This document shows, in pieces, positions 25,619 through 36,663 of a DNA stretch of 64,000 nucleotides; position 1 is the stretch's first letter, and each line of letters starts with the position of its first letter. Under the pieces are notes generated by a model, which was not told where the DNA came from, searched no databases, and saw only the letters and a list, made by a program, of their open reading frames with translations. A program made the position numbers and the translations under genes. This stretch comes from Azolla caroliniana. Lineage: Eukaryota > Plantae > Polypodiophyta. Where the stretch lies: assembly GCA_043228905.1 (NCBI GenBank), contig JBHGNT010000009.1:2418001-2482000 (forward strand), given 5' to 3'.

Positions 25619-26363
25619 TGTTGGGAGATAGGTCCCTCTGGATGGGAAGGGAGAAGATCAGTGAAGGGGGAGTTTGTTGGGAAACCGTATGAGGAGGACC
25701 CCGGCTACGGAGAGCCGGATGGTGCAGGCCCGGTATGAACCGGATGAGGAGTACCCGGCTACGGAGAACCGGATGGTGCAGGCCCGGTATGAACCGGATG
25801 AGGAGTACCCGGCTATGGAGAGCCGGATGGTGCAGACCCGGTATGAACCGCATGAGGAGTACCCGGCTACGGAGAGCCGGATGGTGCAGGCCCGGTACGA
25901 ACCGGAGGAAGAGACATATTTGTAAATATGTTTCTGAGAGCCCATCGTGGCTATATTTGTAAATAGCCGAAAAGTCATATTAGTATAAATATGACTTAGG
26001 GCAAACTAATATTTGGTTGTTGTCAATTTTCTGTATTACATGAGATTAGTGTGCGTAACGTTGTACACAGAGAGAGAGAGAGAGAAAGAGGTCGCTGCCT
26101 CTTTTGTAACCGCCGCCTGTGGCGAAGAGCGTGAGTCTGAGGTCGTTGCCTTCGTGAACTCACTGTTTTGTACATTCATACATAGTGACAGTTTGCAACC
26201 TGTGGGCTGCCGTGGTTTTTCCCCTAGTTTGGGGTTTTCCACGTAAACCTCCTGTGTACCATTTCTCTTCTTTGTGTCGCGTTTCATTACCTGTTTTTCT
26301 GTGTGTGAAAAGAATCTCGGTTGTGGCCGAGTCTTGCGCATAAGGAACGTCCAGTTCCCGTCA
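25619..26363 (+). repeat. 3' LTR of Copia D1
   Basis: Follows PPT GAAGGGGGAG; TGTT...TCA; partly homologous to D2 LTRs. Confidence 0.8.
25693..25909 (+). repeat. 54-bp tandem repeat (4 copies) in D1 LTR U3
   Basis: Unit GAGTACCCGGCTACGGAGAGCCGGATGGTGCAGGCCCGGTATGAACCGGATGAG. Confidence 0.9.
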
Positions 26364-29100
26364 ACAGACTCAGCATATACATGCAAACACTATTTTCTTG
26401 TCACCACCTTGTTCTGTCGAAACCCGAATTTTCGTTTTGCCTTTCCTAAATGTTAATTGATTTTTATTCCAATTCTGCTTGATGTTAGCAATTTTTAACC
26501 ACGGATGTCCTAATAACAAAGGATATGCACTAGGAGCTTCCAAATGAAGTATAACTGCTGATATCAGAAAACTATGACCACCCAATACTACCTCTAATTG
26601 GCGGGGTAACCCAATTGGTCGTACCGTAGTGGTATCCGCCATTCTAAGCCAAAATGGGCAAGCTTCCCATTTTGTGATTCCTAACCTATCATAGGTGGTT
26701 TTATTAATGACATTAACTCCTGAGCCACCATCAATAATCGTATTTTTGATTTCCTAACCTTGAATTATTACCTTAATTGATGGATTTTGCTCATCCATGA
26801 TTGAAGGACTGTTGCTCGGCTGACTATAATTTACCGATACTTGTTCTGACCCCTTTTGAGCAATCAATGTCGTTACTTTTTCAGTAAATCTAGGGACCAA
26901 CTTAAGTAATCCGGTCAGTGGTAATGACACTTGGCAATCTGCCAAGAACTTCCAAGCTTCCTCTTGTTCTTGTACAGGAATCACTTCTGGTAATTTGTTA
27001 GCTTGATTAACTTCATTGTCTTGGAGCATCCGGTTTACATTATTTCTGTTTGCTTCCTCTACCCATTCCTTGGCTTCTTTCAGGACTGCTTCCTGAATCT
27101 CCCACTCAGATTGTTTACTTTTGCTCCTAGTGGTTAGTTGTTGTATCTCCGATGTAACCATGTTAACCGTCGGTCCTTTCCCTTTAGCAGGGCACTGATT
27201 AGCATAATGACCATTTTGACGGCAAATATAGCAAGTAGGAACAAATGTTCCACTGCCCTCGCCTTGCTCAAACTGACTAGTCCCATCATTTTGCATAAAC
27301 TGTTGATCATCATTTGGCGATTGCTGAAACTGTCGTGAGGCTTTCGGTTTGTAGAATTTTTTATTTTTATACTGGTTCTGCTTAAACCGTCCTCCATTTT
27401 GTTGTTGCTGATTCATATTCGGTGGTACCAAGAATTCTTGATTTTGTTGAAAATCTTGATTGTGCTGAAAATTACTTTGTTGGAAAGACTGATTATTTTG
27501 TTGAAAACCTGGATTCTACTAGAATTTATTTTGCTAAAAAGCTTGATTGTTTTGAAATTTATTTTGTTGAGCTTGTGGAAAACTAGTTTGTTGGTATCCA
27601 TTATTGAACAAATTCTATTTATTGTGGTACCCATTTTCCGGAAAATTTTGTCCTACTGTAGTTGTCGTTTTATTAAGCAAATAATACTCACATTGCTCGA
27701 CTGAATGAAGTTTAGAATGACATATTGTGCAATGTGTCCGCAGACTACACTCGATCGTCGAATGACCGGTATTTAAACAAGTAGTACATTGAACTGCTTG
27801 TCGAAATTGTAACTCCTCCATCGTTGGCAATGTGCGATTTAGTGCTGACATATCCATACTTCGTACATTTATCGGTTGTCGGCCCATAGCGATTGCCTTA
27901 TCAATCACTTGCTCGATATTCTGATTCCGGAAATCAAACACCTTCAGTGTTATTCGTAATGGTTCCCGAATTGCTTCAAGGAATACATCCTTCAATTCAT
28001 CGTCCGGAATAGGCCTGGAAATTTGCAGTTGCAAATTCTAAAAACGGATCACGAATTGAGACACCGTTTCCTGCTGCTCCTGATACAACACATAAAATTG
28101 CGCTATCAAGTCTTTTTGAGGTATTTGATGATGAAATAACTGCAGAAATTTGTTGTTCAATTGTTCGAATGTTTCGAACCCATGGAGAACATTTTGCGCA
28201 AACCAATTAGCGGAATAACCCTCTAACGACAACACGAACTCAACCATCTTCGACTTATCTTCGGCGATCGCCAACAGTCTCTGAGCTCCATTGTTAATCT
28301 CCCATGTTGTCAGAAAATCCTGCACATGCGCTTCTGCATCAGTTCCCTCGCGGCACTTTGAGTATGGATAAGGCATATTATCCTCACTCCAAATATAGTA
28401 ATATGATACCTCTTCTGGCTGATTTTCGTCGAAAGACTGGTTATCAATTAAATCAGGAAGTACTGACCACCTTCTACTTGTTTCCTGTTGTAAGCCCTCA
28501 GCCGATTCTGTCTCTATTGTCTTCGTAATAGAACACGTACGAGGATGTTTACAACCGACTGGTGTATTCAGACCAGACGACATCCATTCGCCTTGTTCTC
28601 TGCTATATGCAGATGTAACGGGCGTGACAAAATTATACTGTGTTATTCGGTCGACAATTGCTATTTTGCCGACACAGTCTAAGACGAACGTTCGAGTCGA
28701 ACGTTCTGTCAAGAAGTTGTGGTTAGACGGATAGATACGAATTAGCTGTAAACTTTATCGGTGATAACAGACACCGAGATCGTGACTTATGTAATATAGC
28801 TTAACAAAAATAACAGATGAGAAGAAGTAATTCGTACACAGATATTTCCTAACAACTTTCTATTACTAAATACAAGGATAGATTTTTACAATGCCTTCGG
28901 TTCCTTTTATAGGTAACTCGAAGGTCTTTTCTCATAAAGAAATCCTACTGCGTATACTTAACAAGAATTACAAAACTTCATAACTAACTATGTCCTATTC
29001 GGCTATTTGCTGAGTCATCGATCTGAACTGCCGATCCGACTCCGACTCCGACTCTGAACATCTTTCCTATACCGACACATTCATACTTGTCCGGGTAACA
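26364..29100 (-). mobile_element. Older C-related Gypsy (C2): 5' LTR, gag, protease; remainder displaced by D1
   Basis: MPYPYSK...AEAHV, CTTCLNTGH knuckles, IIDGGSGVN and MADTTTVRP homologous to C1; AT-richer with many stops. Confidence 0.85.
28718..29100 (-). repeat. 5' LTR of C2
   Basis: TGT...ACA, about the size of the C1 LTR, CCTATAAAAGG on minus strand; right edge cuts B' RNase H. Confidence 0.7.
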
Positions 29101-31159
29101 TCCTTAAACGCCGAAACAATACCCCATAGTTCGCGCTTAACTTGGGCGTATCCGCGTTGTCGCTCACTGAGAACCTTCGTTCCGAACCGGATCTAGAACC
29201 GCGTGCCGCTCTCGTCCTCCTGATTGATCACCCACCCGATCCCGGTCGGGCTTGTGTCAATGGTTACGTAGATGGGGACCTCCTTGCCGTAAACCGCTTT
29301 CCTGAGAGCCGGTATTGCAGTAAGCGCCTCCTTCAGTCTCCGGACTGACTCCGTATGCTCCTTGCCCCATTCAAATTTGTGCCCCTTCTTCAACAACCCG
29401 TAGAGTGGTTCCGTGACATGTGCGTAGTGCGGAATCTAGATGTGGTAGAACACGCACATACCCAGGATGCTCCTCACCTCCGTAACCGACTTGCACTCTT
29501 CCTTCATTACGGAGATGGCTTATATCTTTGCCGGAGACGGTTTCCGGCTGTAGGGCCCGCACAAGTGACCGACCACTAGGATCTCTGATTGGCCGAATGT
29601 CGATTTCTCCCCAGAGAAGGTGAACCGCGCGTCCTCCAGCCTTTGCAACACCTTCTCGTAGTCATTAATGCGGTCCACAATGAACCTCTGGCATCCGTCC
29701 GGCCCAACCACCTCATCCTTATCCTCCACCGCACATCCTTTGATCGGGATGTCGTCCAAGAATGGCATGGTGATGTCCGGGATGCAATCCCTCAACACCT
29801 TGTTCATCGCATTCACCATGTGCGCCATCAAGTTCGTCCCTCCTTGCGGTAGGGTACACATCCGCACTAAGCCGAGAGGGGTCCGCATCGTCGTGATATC
29901 CCTGCTCTCCACGGCTAGTTGGAACTGAACGTACCCCGAGTACAGATCACTGACCGAATAGATTGAACTTCCGGCAAAGGCTTCCGCGAACACGTCTATC
30001 GTCGGTCCGATACCTGCATTACGAATGGTCACCCTGTTGACCGGTTGCAGGTCCTGAATGAAGCATAGCGTGTTGTTCTTCTTCGGCACGGTAAACCACC
30101 GATTCGAATATGGGGCGCTCGACGGTTCGAGGATGCTCATCTCCTCTTTTTCCTTCAGTAGCTCCATCAACTTCGGGATGTGAGCTCTAGGTACCGGAAT
30201 CAGCTTGAGATTCCACGGCACATGCGGCACCGTGAATATCACCATCGGCTCCACGATCGTCAGGTCTACGCACCCGATCTCCTCCGGCGAGAATGCGAAG
30301 GCTTTCTCGTGCCTTCCGAGCATCCTCCAAAACCGGTCCTCCTCTGCCGGCAGTAGAAACCCACCCCCACCGACCTTGAGTTCTTGTAACGTTATATCGG
30401 TGAATCAGTGCCCTATGCCGACCGGTTGCCATAAACTTGGGTCCGACGCGACCCTCTTTATCCGCTCTTCGCTGCCCTCCAGCAAGGGTGCCGCGGTTGG
30501 CCTCACCTTCCGGTCCACAATCTTGTACCTGGTACTCACGCGGGTCGTCCGACCCGACCCGACCCTTCCCCCGAAGTCAGCGATGACTTCGTACATCTCT
30601 ACTAAACTAACCGGAACTGCCCGGTCTTCACTAAGGCCTCATTCGACAACCTCGTGTAATTCCCCCAAGGTGTCATCGAAGGAGACCGCCTCCACGGTGC
30701 TACCAATCCCTTCGCCAGGGCCGAGGACTCCGTACACCCTGAGTCTTTCTTCCGCCCTCTTCTTTTCCCAGCCATTGCTGTCGGCTATGGTACAACCTCC
30801 GTTATTGGAGAACCAAATTTTCCTACCAATGGTACACGTGTGGGGTTCTTCCGAGGTGTCCAGACTATCGCGGCCCCACGCCTTGATAGCCCTTTCTAAA
30901 AATCCCCTCGACTCTCGCCGTTGAGGGTCTCACGATTACGGTCGTGGTTCAGCCTCACCATCAAAAATTGAATGGAGCGTTGTTCGTCCTGGCTCTTCAT
31001 GCGCGCGTACGCCGATCCATTGTTAAGCACCTTCGTTTCCATCTATGCCGCCGTAATGTATGGCTTGCTGAGTATCACCGGGTGTGAGTAGGTCTCCTAC
31101 ACAAAGAAGTGTTGATCTATCTCAACATCGCCGATCTTTACGTGTACATTTGGGCACGC
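29101..31159 (-). pseudogene. pol: B-related Gypsy B' fragment: protease end, frameshift site, RT, RNase H
   Basis: GACPNVHVKIGDVEIDQHFF, LPQGGTN, PFLDDIPIKG, VTIDTSPTGIG. Confidence 0.9.
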
Positions 31160-31779
31160 ACCGGTGAGAACCGGATGTGACAAACCCGGTGAGAACCGGA
31201 TGTGGAGTACCCGGCAACGGAAGACCCGGTAAGAGTCGGATGGTGAAGACCCGGTGAGAACTGGATGACGAGTGCCCGGCAAGCACCGGATGATGCAGAC
31301 CCGATGAGGAGTGCTCACCGGATGAAGTGACATATTCGTAAATATTTTCCTGAGAGTCCATTGGGACTATATTTGTAAATGGCCGAAAAGTCCTACTAGT
31401 ATAAATATGACTTAGGGAAAACAGTTGTTGTCATTCTTGTTGGTGCAAGATTAGAGCGCAATCGTGTACAGAGAGAGAGAGAGTGAGTGAGTGAGTGAGT
31501 GAGAGACGAAGAGGATGTTGTCTCTGTTGTAACCGCCACCTGTGGCGAAGACAGTGAACAAAAGGTCGTTGCCTCTGTGTTCATCTATTGTATATTGTAA
31601 CATAGTGATAGTTTGTAGTCTGTGGACTGCCGTGGTTTTTCCCGTGTTTGGGTTTTCCACGTAAACATCCTGTGTACTCTTCTCTTTACTGTGTCGTGCG
31701 TACATTACCCGTTTTTCTGTGTTTGATCCTAGACTCGGTTGTGGCCGAGCATTGTTTTACGGAGCGTGTAGTCCTTTCA
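31160..31779 (+). repeat. 5' LTR of D2 (left end deleted)
   Basis: Direct repeat of 43142-43789, ending GTCCTTTCA. Confidence 0.88.
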
Positions 31780-31782
31780 AAC

Positions 31783-31794
31783 TAGTATCAAAGC
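31783..31794 (+). promoter_or_regulatory. Decayed tRNA-iMet PBS
   Basis: TAGTATCAAAGC versus canonical TGGTATCAGAGC (two G>A changes). Confidence 0.75.
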
Positions 31795-31809
31795 GAAACA
31801 ACACAGAAA

Positions 31810-33721
31810 ATGGACGAATCGTTGGGAGGCATGTTCAAGCTCACCATCTCCAATTACTTAGTGTGGAAGTCGAAGATGAGGGACATGCTCGTTGTTAAAG
31901 ATCTTTGGTTGCTGGTTCAGTTCAGGGACAAGAGACCGTACAAAATCGATGCCACGATATGGGAGGTGATGCACGTGAAGACAACGGCATACATACGGTG
32001 CTTCATCGACATGAGTCTATACAACAATTTCAATGAAGAGAGCAAGGCTCATGAGCTCTGGGAGAAGATCGGCATTATGTTTCAAAACAAAAATGTTGTT
32101 AATCAGGTTTCGGTATTTCGGAAGCTAGTAAGACTCTGGTACCAAGACGGCTCCAACATGGCGGAGCACATGAATGCCTTCCAGGGGCTGATCCACCATG
32201 CAACATCAATGGAAGTACCTCTCGCCGATGAGGTACTAGCACTAGTCCTGCTCGGTTCCCTGCCAGATAGCTGGGAGACGTTGGTTGTCACTTTGGGCAA
32301 CGCCGGGCTGGAAGGGAAACGGTTATCCCTAGCAAGAGTGAAATCGAGCTTGCCAGATGAGGAGGCGCGTCGGAAAGATAAGGATACAAGCTCCGATTCC
32401 AAAGCTCTCCTTACCGAATTGGAACGCGGAAGACAAAGGAACCGTAGTCCCCAGAACCGGGAGAAGTCGGCGACACGGTCAAAGTCAAGCGGGAGGCCTA
32501 CTTGCTTCTATTGCGGCAAGACGGGACACTTCCAGAAGAACTGTCGGCAATTCCGAAAAGACAACGAAACCGACGGTACCGATTCGAAGTGGACACCGGA
32601 CCAAAACGGTAAAGACCGGAGGGGGCCGGACCGGAAGGGAACAACGGCAATCGCGGCGAGCGAAGAAGAGTTGATGCTCATCACCGAGGAGAGTGAGTTG
32701 AACCTTGCCGGCGACGAGATGACCTGGGTGGTCGATTCCGGAGCGTCGTTCCACCTTACCCCGGACCAGACATGCTTCTCATCCTACTCAGCCGGTGATC
32801 ACGGTTGTGTTCGGATGGGGAATGAAGGTACATGCTGAATTGTTGGCATAGGAGACGTGTGGTTGACAACCCCACCCAGATGCAAGCTGCTACTGAAGGA
32901 TGTCTGACACGTTCCGAAGGTTCGACTGAACCTGATATCAACCGGTCGGCTAGATGATGAAGGCTACACGGGTAGCATCTGGAACGGAGTTATGAAGTTC
33001 AACAAAGGGAGCCTGATTGTGGCTCGGGCCCGAAAGGTCAACACGTTGTACCTGATGAATGCCCGGTTATCCCCGGAAGAAGTGAACGTGGCATCCGACA
33101 ATGCCAGTGAGCTGTGGCACAAGAGACTGTGTCAAATGAGCGAGAAGGGGATGAAGAGGCTTGCAGACGACAACCTCATTCCAGTGAAGAACGTGCACTT
33201 GGAGAAGTGCACTGATTGTCTGGCCGGTAAGCAAAACCGGACCTCCTTCAGACCAAGGCCACCGATGAGACGTAATGTACCACTGGAGTTGGTGCATACT
33301 GATATGTGTCAAGTGGACACGAAGTCACATGCCGGATCGCAGTACTTCGTGACATTCATAGATGACCATAACCAGAAGTTGTGGGCCACACCGTTGAAGA
33401 CGAAGGATCAGGTGCTATCCGTCTTCAAAGAGCTCCACGCGAGAGTGGAAAGAGAAACCGGACGGAAGCTGAAGGTGGTTCGAGCAGATAACGGAGGAGA
33501 ATACCGGGGGCAGTTCGAGGAGTACTGCCGCTCGAAGGGAATCCGGCCGTAGACACCGGAACTAAACGGGTTGGCCGAGAGGATGAACCGGACCATAATG
33601 GAGAGGGTCCGGAGTATGCTGGCTCATGCAAAACTACCCAAGAAGTTTTGGGCTGAGGCACTGTCGACGGCGACATATGTGATAAACAGATCACCCTCAG
33701 TACCCTTGGACGGAGACACGC
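31810..33721 (+). pseudogene. gag-pol: D2 gag-protease-integrase N-part
   Basis: KLTISNYLVWK, CCHC, DSGAS, RADNGGEY, NGLAER; stops. Confidence 0.93.
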
Positions 33722-34534
33722 TGTCGTAGTGTAGGTTGCACACTATGTGGAAATTATATTTTTGTCCCTCCGGATAGAGAATGGAGTGCTCGGTGAGAAC
33801 CGGAAGAAAACGGCATACCGGCAAGGAGGAAAACGGCATACCGGCAAGGAAGAAAAGGGCATATCGGCAAGGAAGAGCCGGATAAAGAGACATAAATGTA
33901 AAAAAAAAAAGGGAAATACTCACTACTGCGCAGGGCATGATTCGAACTCTGCACCTCCACGTTGACAAACCCCAACCTTACCATTACATTAACTTATCTT
34001 AAGTGTTTTAAATATAGATTTAATACGTATAAGACCTTTATTTATGCATACCTTTATTAAAAGGTAAATCGTGTATTTTTTAATATATGAAAAAGAAAAA
34101 AAACACGAGACACTAAAAATAACTCATGCACATCTAGCGTGCATGAGCCCTATACTTAGGAAATAAAAAAGCATCACATGCACATTTAGTGGACATGAAC
34201 ACTTTTTGTAAAAAAAAAAGCATGAAGCCATGCTTAGCTCTTCCTTCCTTATATAGGGAGGAGAGAAATATGTAAAGGGTTGTTGATTATTTGGATTAAG
34301 TATTAATCAATACAAAAATTATTCGTGGGATTCACGATTTATACATCTACTTCTCTCTTAACACCCTAAGTACCAATTAATATAGTATACTCGTGTGATT
34401 CACGAGTTTCTTATCTTTCTCTTTGCTATTTACTCATAATTAATCTCTATCTCACGAACTTCTTTTCTCCTAGTCCAAGACCTCTGTGGTTCCCACCCGA
34501 CTCACGCAACGATCCGGAGCCGAAAGGCACGACA
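33722..34534 (+). repeat. 5' LTR of A2
   Basis: TGTCGT...ACGACA; about four substitutions versus 3' LTR by eye. Confidence 0.96.
33928..33991 (-). promoter_or_regulatory. tRNA-derived A/B-box module in A2 LTR (also 40405-40468)
   Basis: Reverse complement of the 5094-5157 module, followed by a long T-run on the minus strand. Confidence 0.6.
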
Positions 34535-36609
34535 CAGTTGGTGAACCCGACGTGAAGACGGGTGGCAAGGAGATGGAGGCTCAACAAGCTAACAATATGA
34601 TGGCGATGTTCAAACGGATGCTTCAAGAACAACGCACGATGTCGGAGATTTCGGCATCAGTAGAGCGGCTCGTGCAACGCAACGGGCAATTTAATGGTAA
34701 GGATGTGTCGCGATATTTGCAGGACTACAAGGCGGAGATGCTCCGGTGCCGGGCTTCGGAAGGACTGCAAGTGACATCCTTTAACCGGGTGGCGACCGAC
34801 GGGCTTCAAGGGAGTATCCACAGGTTGCAACAACAAAATCCGACGTGGGAAGCATTCGAAGAGGCGTTAAAGACCACGTTTGCCGTCGAGGACTCCTCCA
34901 AGGCAACGCGGAGGGGATTCGAGGATTGGGTGGAAACGTCAGGTAAGGGGCTGAAGGTCCTCGAAGTGTTTTCGACATTCGAAAGTCGGTTCGGGAGGTT
35001 GTCCGCGAGAGATCAAACTATTCTTGCACCGGACAAAGTCATCATGTTTCTGCGAGCTGTGGACGTCCGGGACCGGAAAGATCTCGGAGTGCTTCTTGAG
35101 GACACGACCACCGAAAGCGGCCTCACCGAAACATGGGAAAGCGTGCGGGATATCGTCGCGCGGTACACGAAGAGGGGGCAATGGCTTGCCAACGAAGAAA
35201 AGAGGGTTTCGGAACCGATTCCGAAACCGAGAACGGGACTGGAAGACCATCAACCGAGGGCTCGGGAGATTACGGCAGAGAAGGGAGTCGACGCGTCTAC
35301 GGTGGAGCAGCTGCTGAAGGAGATGGAGAATCTAAAGATCGCGATGGTGAAGAAGTCGGATGACCGCCCCACAAGCTCCAAATATACGGATCGACGGTGC
35401 ATATGGTGCGATAGCGCCGAACACGATCGGAGGGATTGCGACGACCATAAGGAGGCGCTACGACGGGATTTCATCTACTACGAGGGAAACCGGATTCATT
35501 CGATGGACTCTCGGAAGCCACTCCGACCGAACTTCCGGAAAGGCGGCATGAAGAAGGTGCTCGAGGAGGAGTTAGCGGCAAGAAGCAACTATGCGACAAC
35601 CGCGGGAATATGTGTCGGGGAGTCATCGGGAGCGAAGGCGTCTTTCTGGCCGGAGGTGCTAGGAAACACCGAGAAAACCGACTCCAACGATATCCGAAAC
35701 ACCGCGGAAGGCGTCCGGGAAGCTACGGGATGGGAGTGCCCTGTCGACAAGAATAGCATATACGCCCTGTGTCAATTACATGAGGTGTATGTGGACGAGA
35801 AACGACGGCGCACGGAGGATGCGGCCGGACCATCGAAGATACCGGAAAGCTGGAACTTCGGAGGTAAGGGAAAAGAAAAGGCGACTCCGGCATTCAAGCT
35901 CGCCTCGGACATAGAACAACAAACCGACTTGAAAAGAGTGTTCGAGGAAAGAATCTTGGATAGCCGGGTAGATTTTTCGCTGCGGGAACTACTCGGAATA
36001 GCGAAGGAGTTTCACGATCTTCTCGTGGATCTCGTGAAAAGGAAGAGACAAAGTACGGAGGAAAATGCTCCAAGGGTGAATGCAAATACCGTTTCAATGA
36101 ACGACACCGAAGTGGAAGGCGAAATTCCGAACTCCCACTATACAAGGCCACACTGGGCACGTGCGACTACGGAGACTCCGGTCCGAATCGGCAACATCAA
36201 AGAACCCGTGCTAGCATTGATTGATCACGGATCAGAGATCAACTTGATGTCCAAGGAGTTCTACCGAAAGGGGAAGTGGCCTATAAACACCAACCATGGA
36301 TGGAAGATTCGGGCAGCCACGAAAACGACAGAAGACCTATTTGCGGCTTGTCCGGATGTGACGGTAAAGATCGGGGATGTCGAAATTGACCAAAATTTCT
36401 TTGTGCAGGATGAGGTTTCACATTCTGTCATCCTCGGCCAACCCTTTATCACGGCTTCACGGATGGAGACGAAGGTGCTCGATAGTGGTGCGGCTTTTGC
36501 GCGAATTCGGAGCCAAAACGGAGGGAAATCCGTCCAATTCCTAACGGTGCCGGCAAATCACAAAAGGAACAAGAGGGAACTCTTGTCCCAAGTGAGAATG
36601 GATTTTTAA
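34486..36609 (+). CDS. gag: gag-protease polyprotein of A2 (first ATG at 34573)
   Basis: 707-aa ORF with CIWCDSAEHDRRDC knuckle and LIDHGSEINL protease; ends G GAT TTT TAA. Confidence 0.92.
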   Translation: MVPTRLTQRSGAERHDTVGEPDVKTGGKEMEAQQANNMMAMFKRMLQEQRTMSEISASVERLVQRNGQFNGKDVSRYLQDYKAEMLRCRASEGLQVTSFNRVATDGLQGSIHRLQQQNPTWEAFEEALKTTFAVEDSSKATRRGFEDWVETSGKGLKVLEVFSTFESRFGRLSARDQTILAPDKVIMFLRAVDVRDRKDLGVLLEDTTTESGLTETWESVRDIVARYTKRGQWLANEEKRVSEPIPKPRTGLEDHQPRAREITAEKGVDASTVEQLLKEMENLKIAMVKKSDDRPTSSKYTDRRCIWCDSAEHDRRDCDDHKEALRRDFIYYEGNRIHSMDSRKPLRPNFRKGGMKKVLEEELAARSNYATTAGICVGESSGAKASFWPEVLGNTEKTDSNDIRNTAEGVREATGWECPVDKNSIYALCQLHEVYVDEKRRRTEDAAGPSKIPESWNFGGKGKEKATPAFKLASDIEQQTDLKRVFEERILDSRVDFSLRELLGIAKEFHDLLVDLVKRKRQSTEENAPRVNANTVSMNDTEVEGEIPNSHYTRPHWARATTETPVRIGNIKEPVLALIDHGSEINLMSKEFYRKGKWPINTNHGWKIRAATKTTEDLFAACPDVTVKIGDVEIDQNFFVQDEVSHSVILGQPFITASRMETKVLDSGAAFARIRSQNGGKSVQFLTVPANHKRNKRELLSQVRMDF
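34539..34556 (+). promoter_or_regulatory. Primer binding site, tRNA-Trp
   Basis: TGGTGAACCCGACGTGAA. Confidence 0.9.
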
Positions 36610-36663
36610 AGCGGACTGTTGCGGAGTGGGGAAGTGATAGTCCGAGAAGCCCTGATACCCCAC
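36600..36663 (+). promoter_or_regulatory. -1 ribosomal frameshift signal (GGATTTT plus predicted pseudoknot)
   Basis: Slip site 36600-36606; stem 36612-36622/36634-36644; loop GTGGGG complementary to CCCCAC 36658-36663; conserved in three other copies. Confidence 0.8.

Larger units (their letters stand above)
5315..26363 (+). mobile_element. Ty1/Copia retrotransposon D1 (Tork/Tnt1-like), interrupted by A1 and C1; 5' end outside window
   Basis: gag piece 5315-5698 resumes at 22180; order PR-INT-RT-RH; PPT and 3' LTR; collinear with D2. Confidence 0.92.

Noticed and set aside
25693-25909. Regular repeats resembling a CRISPR array
   Set aside because: Head-to-tail 54-bp units without unique spacers, inside a Copia LTR, in eukaryotic DNA with no cas genes.
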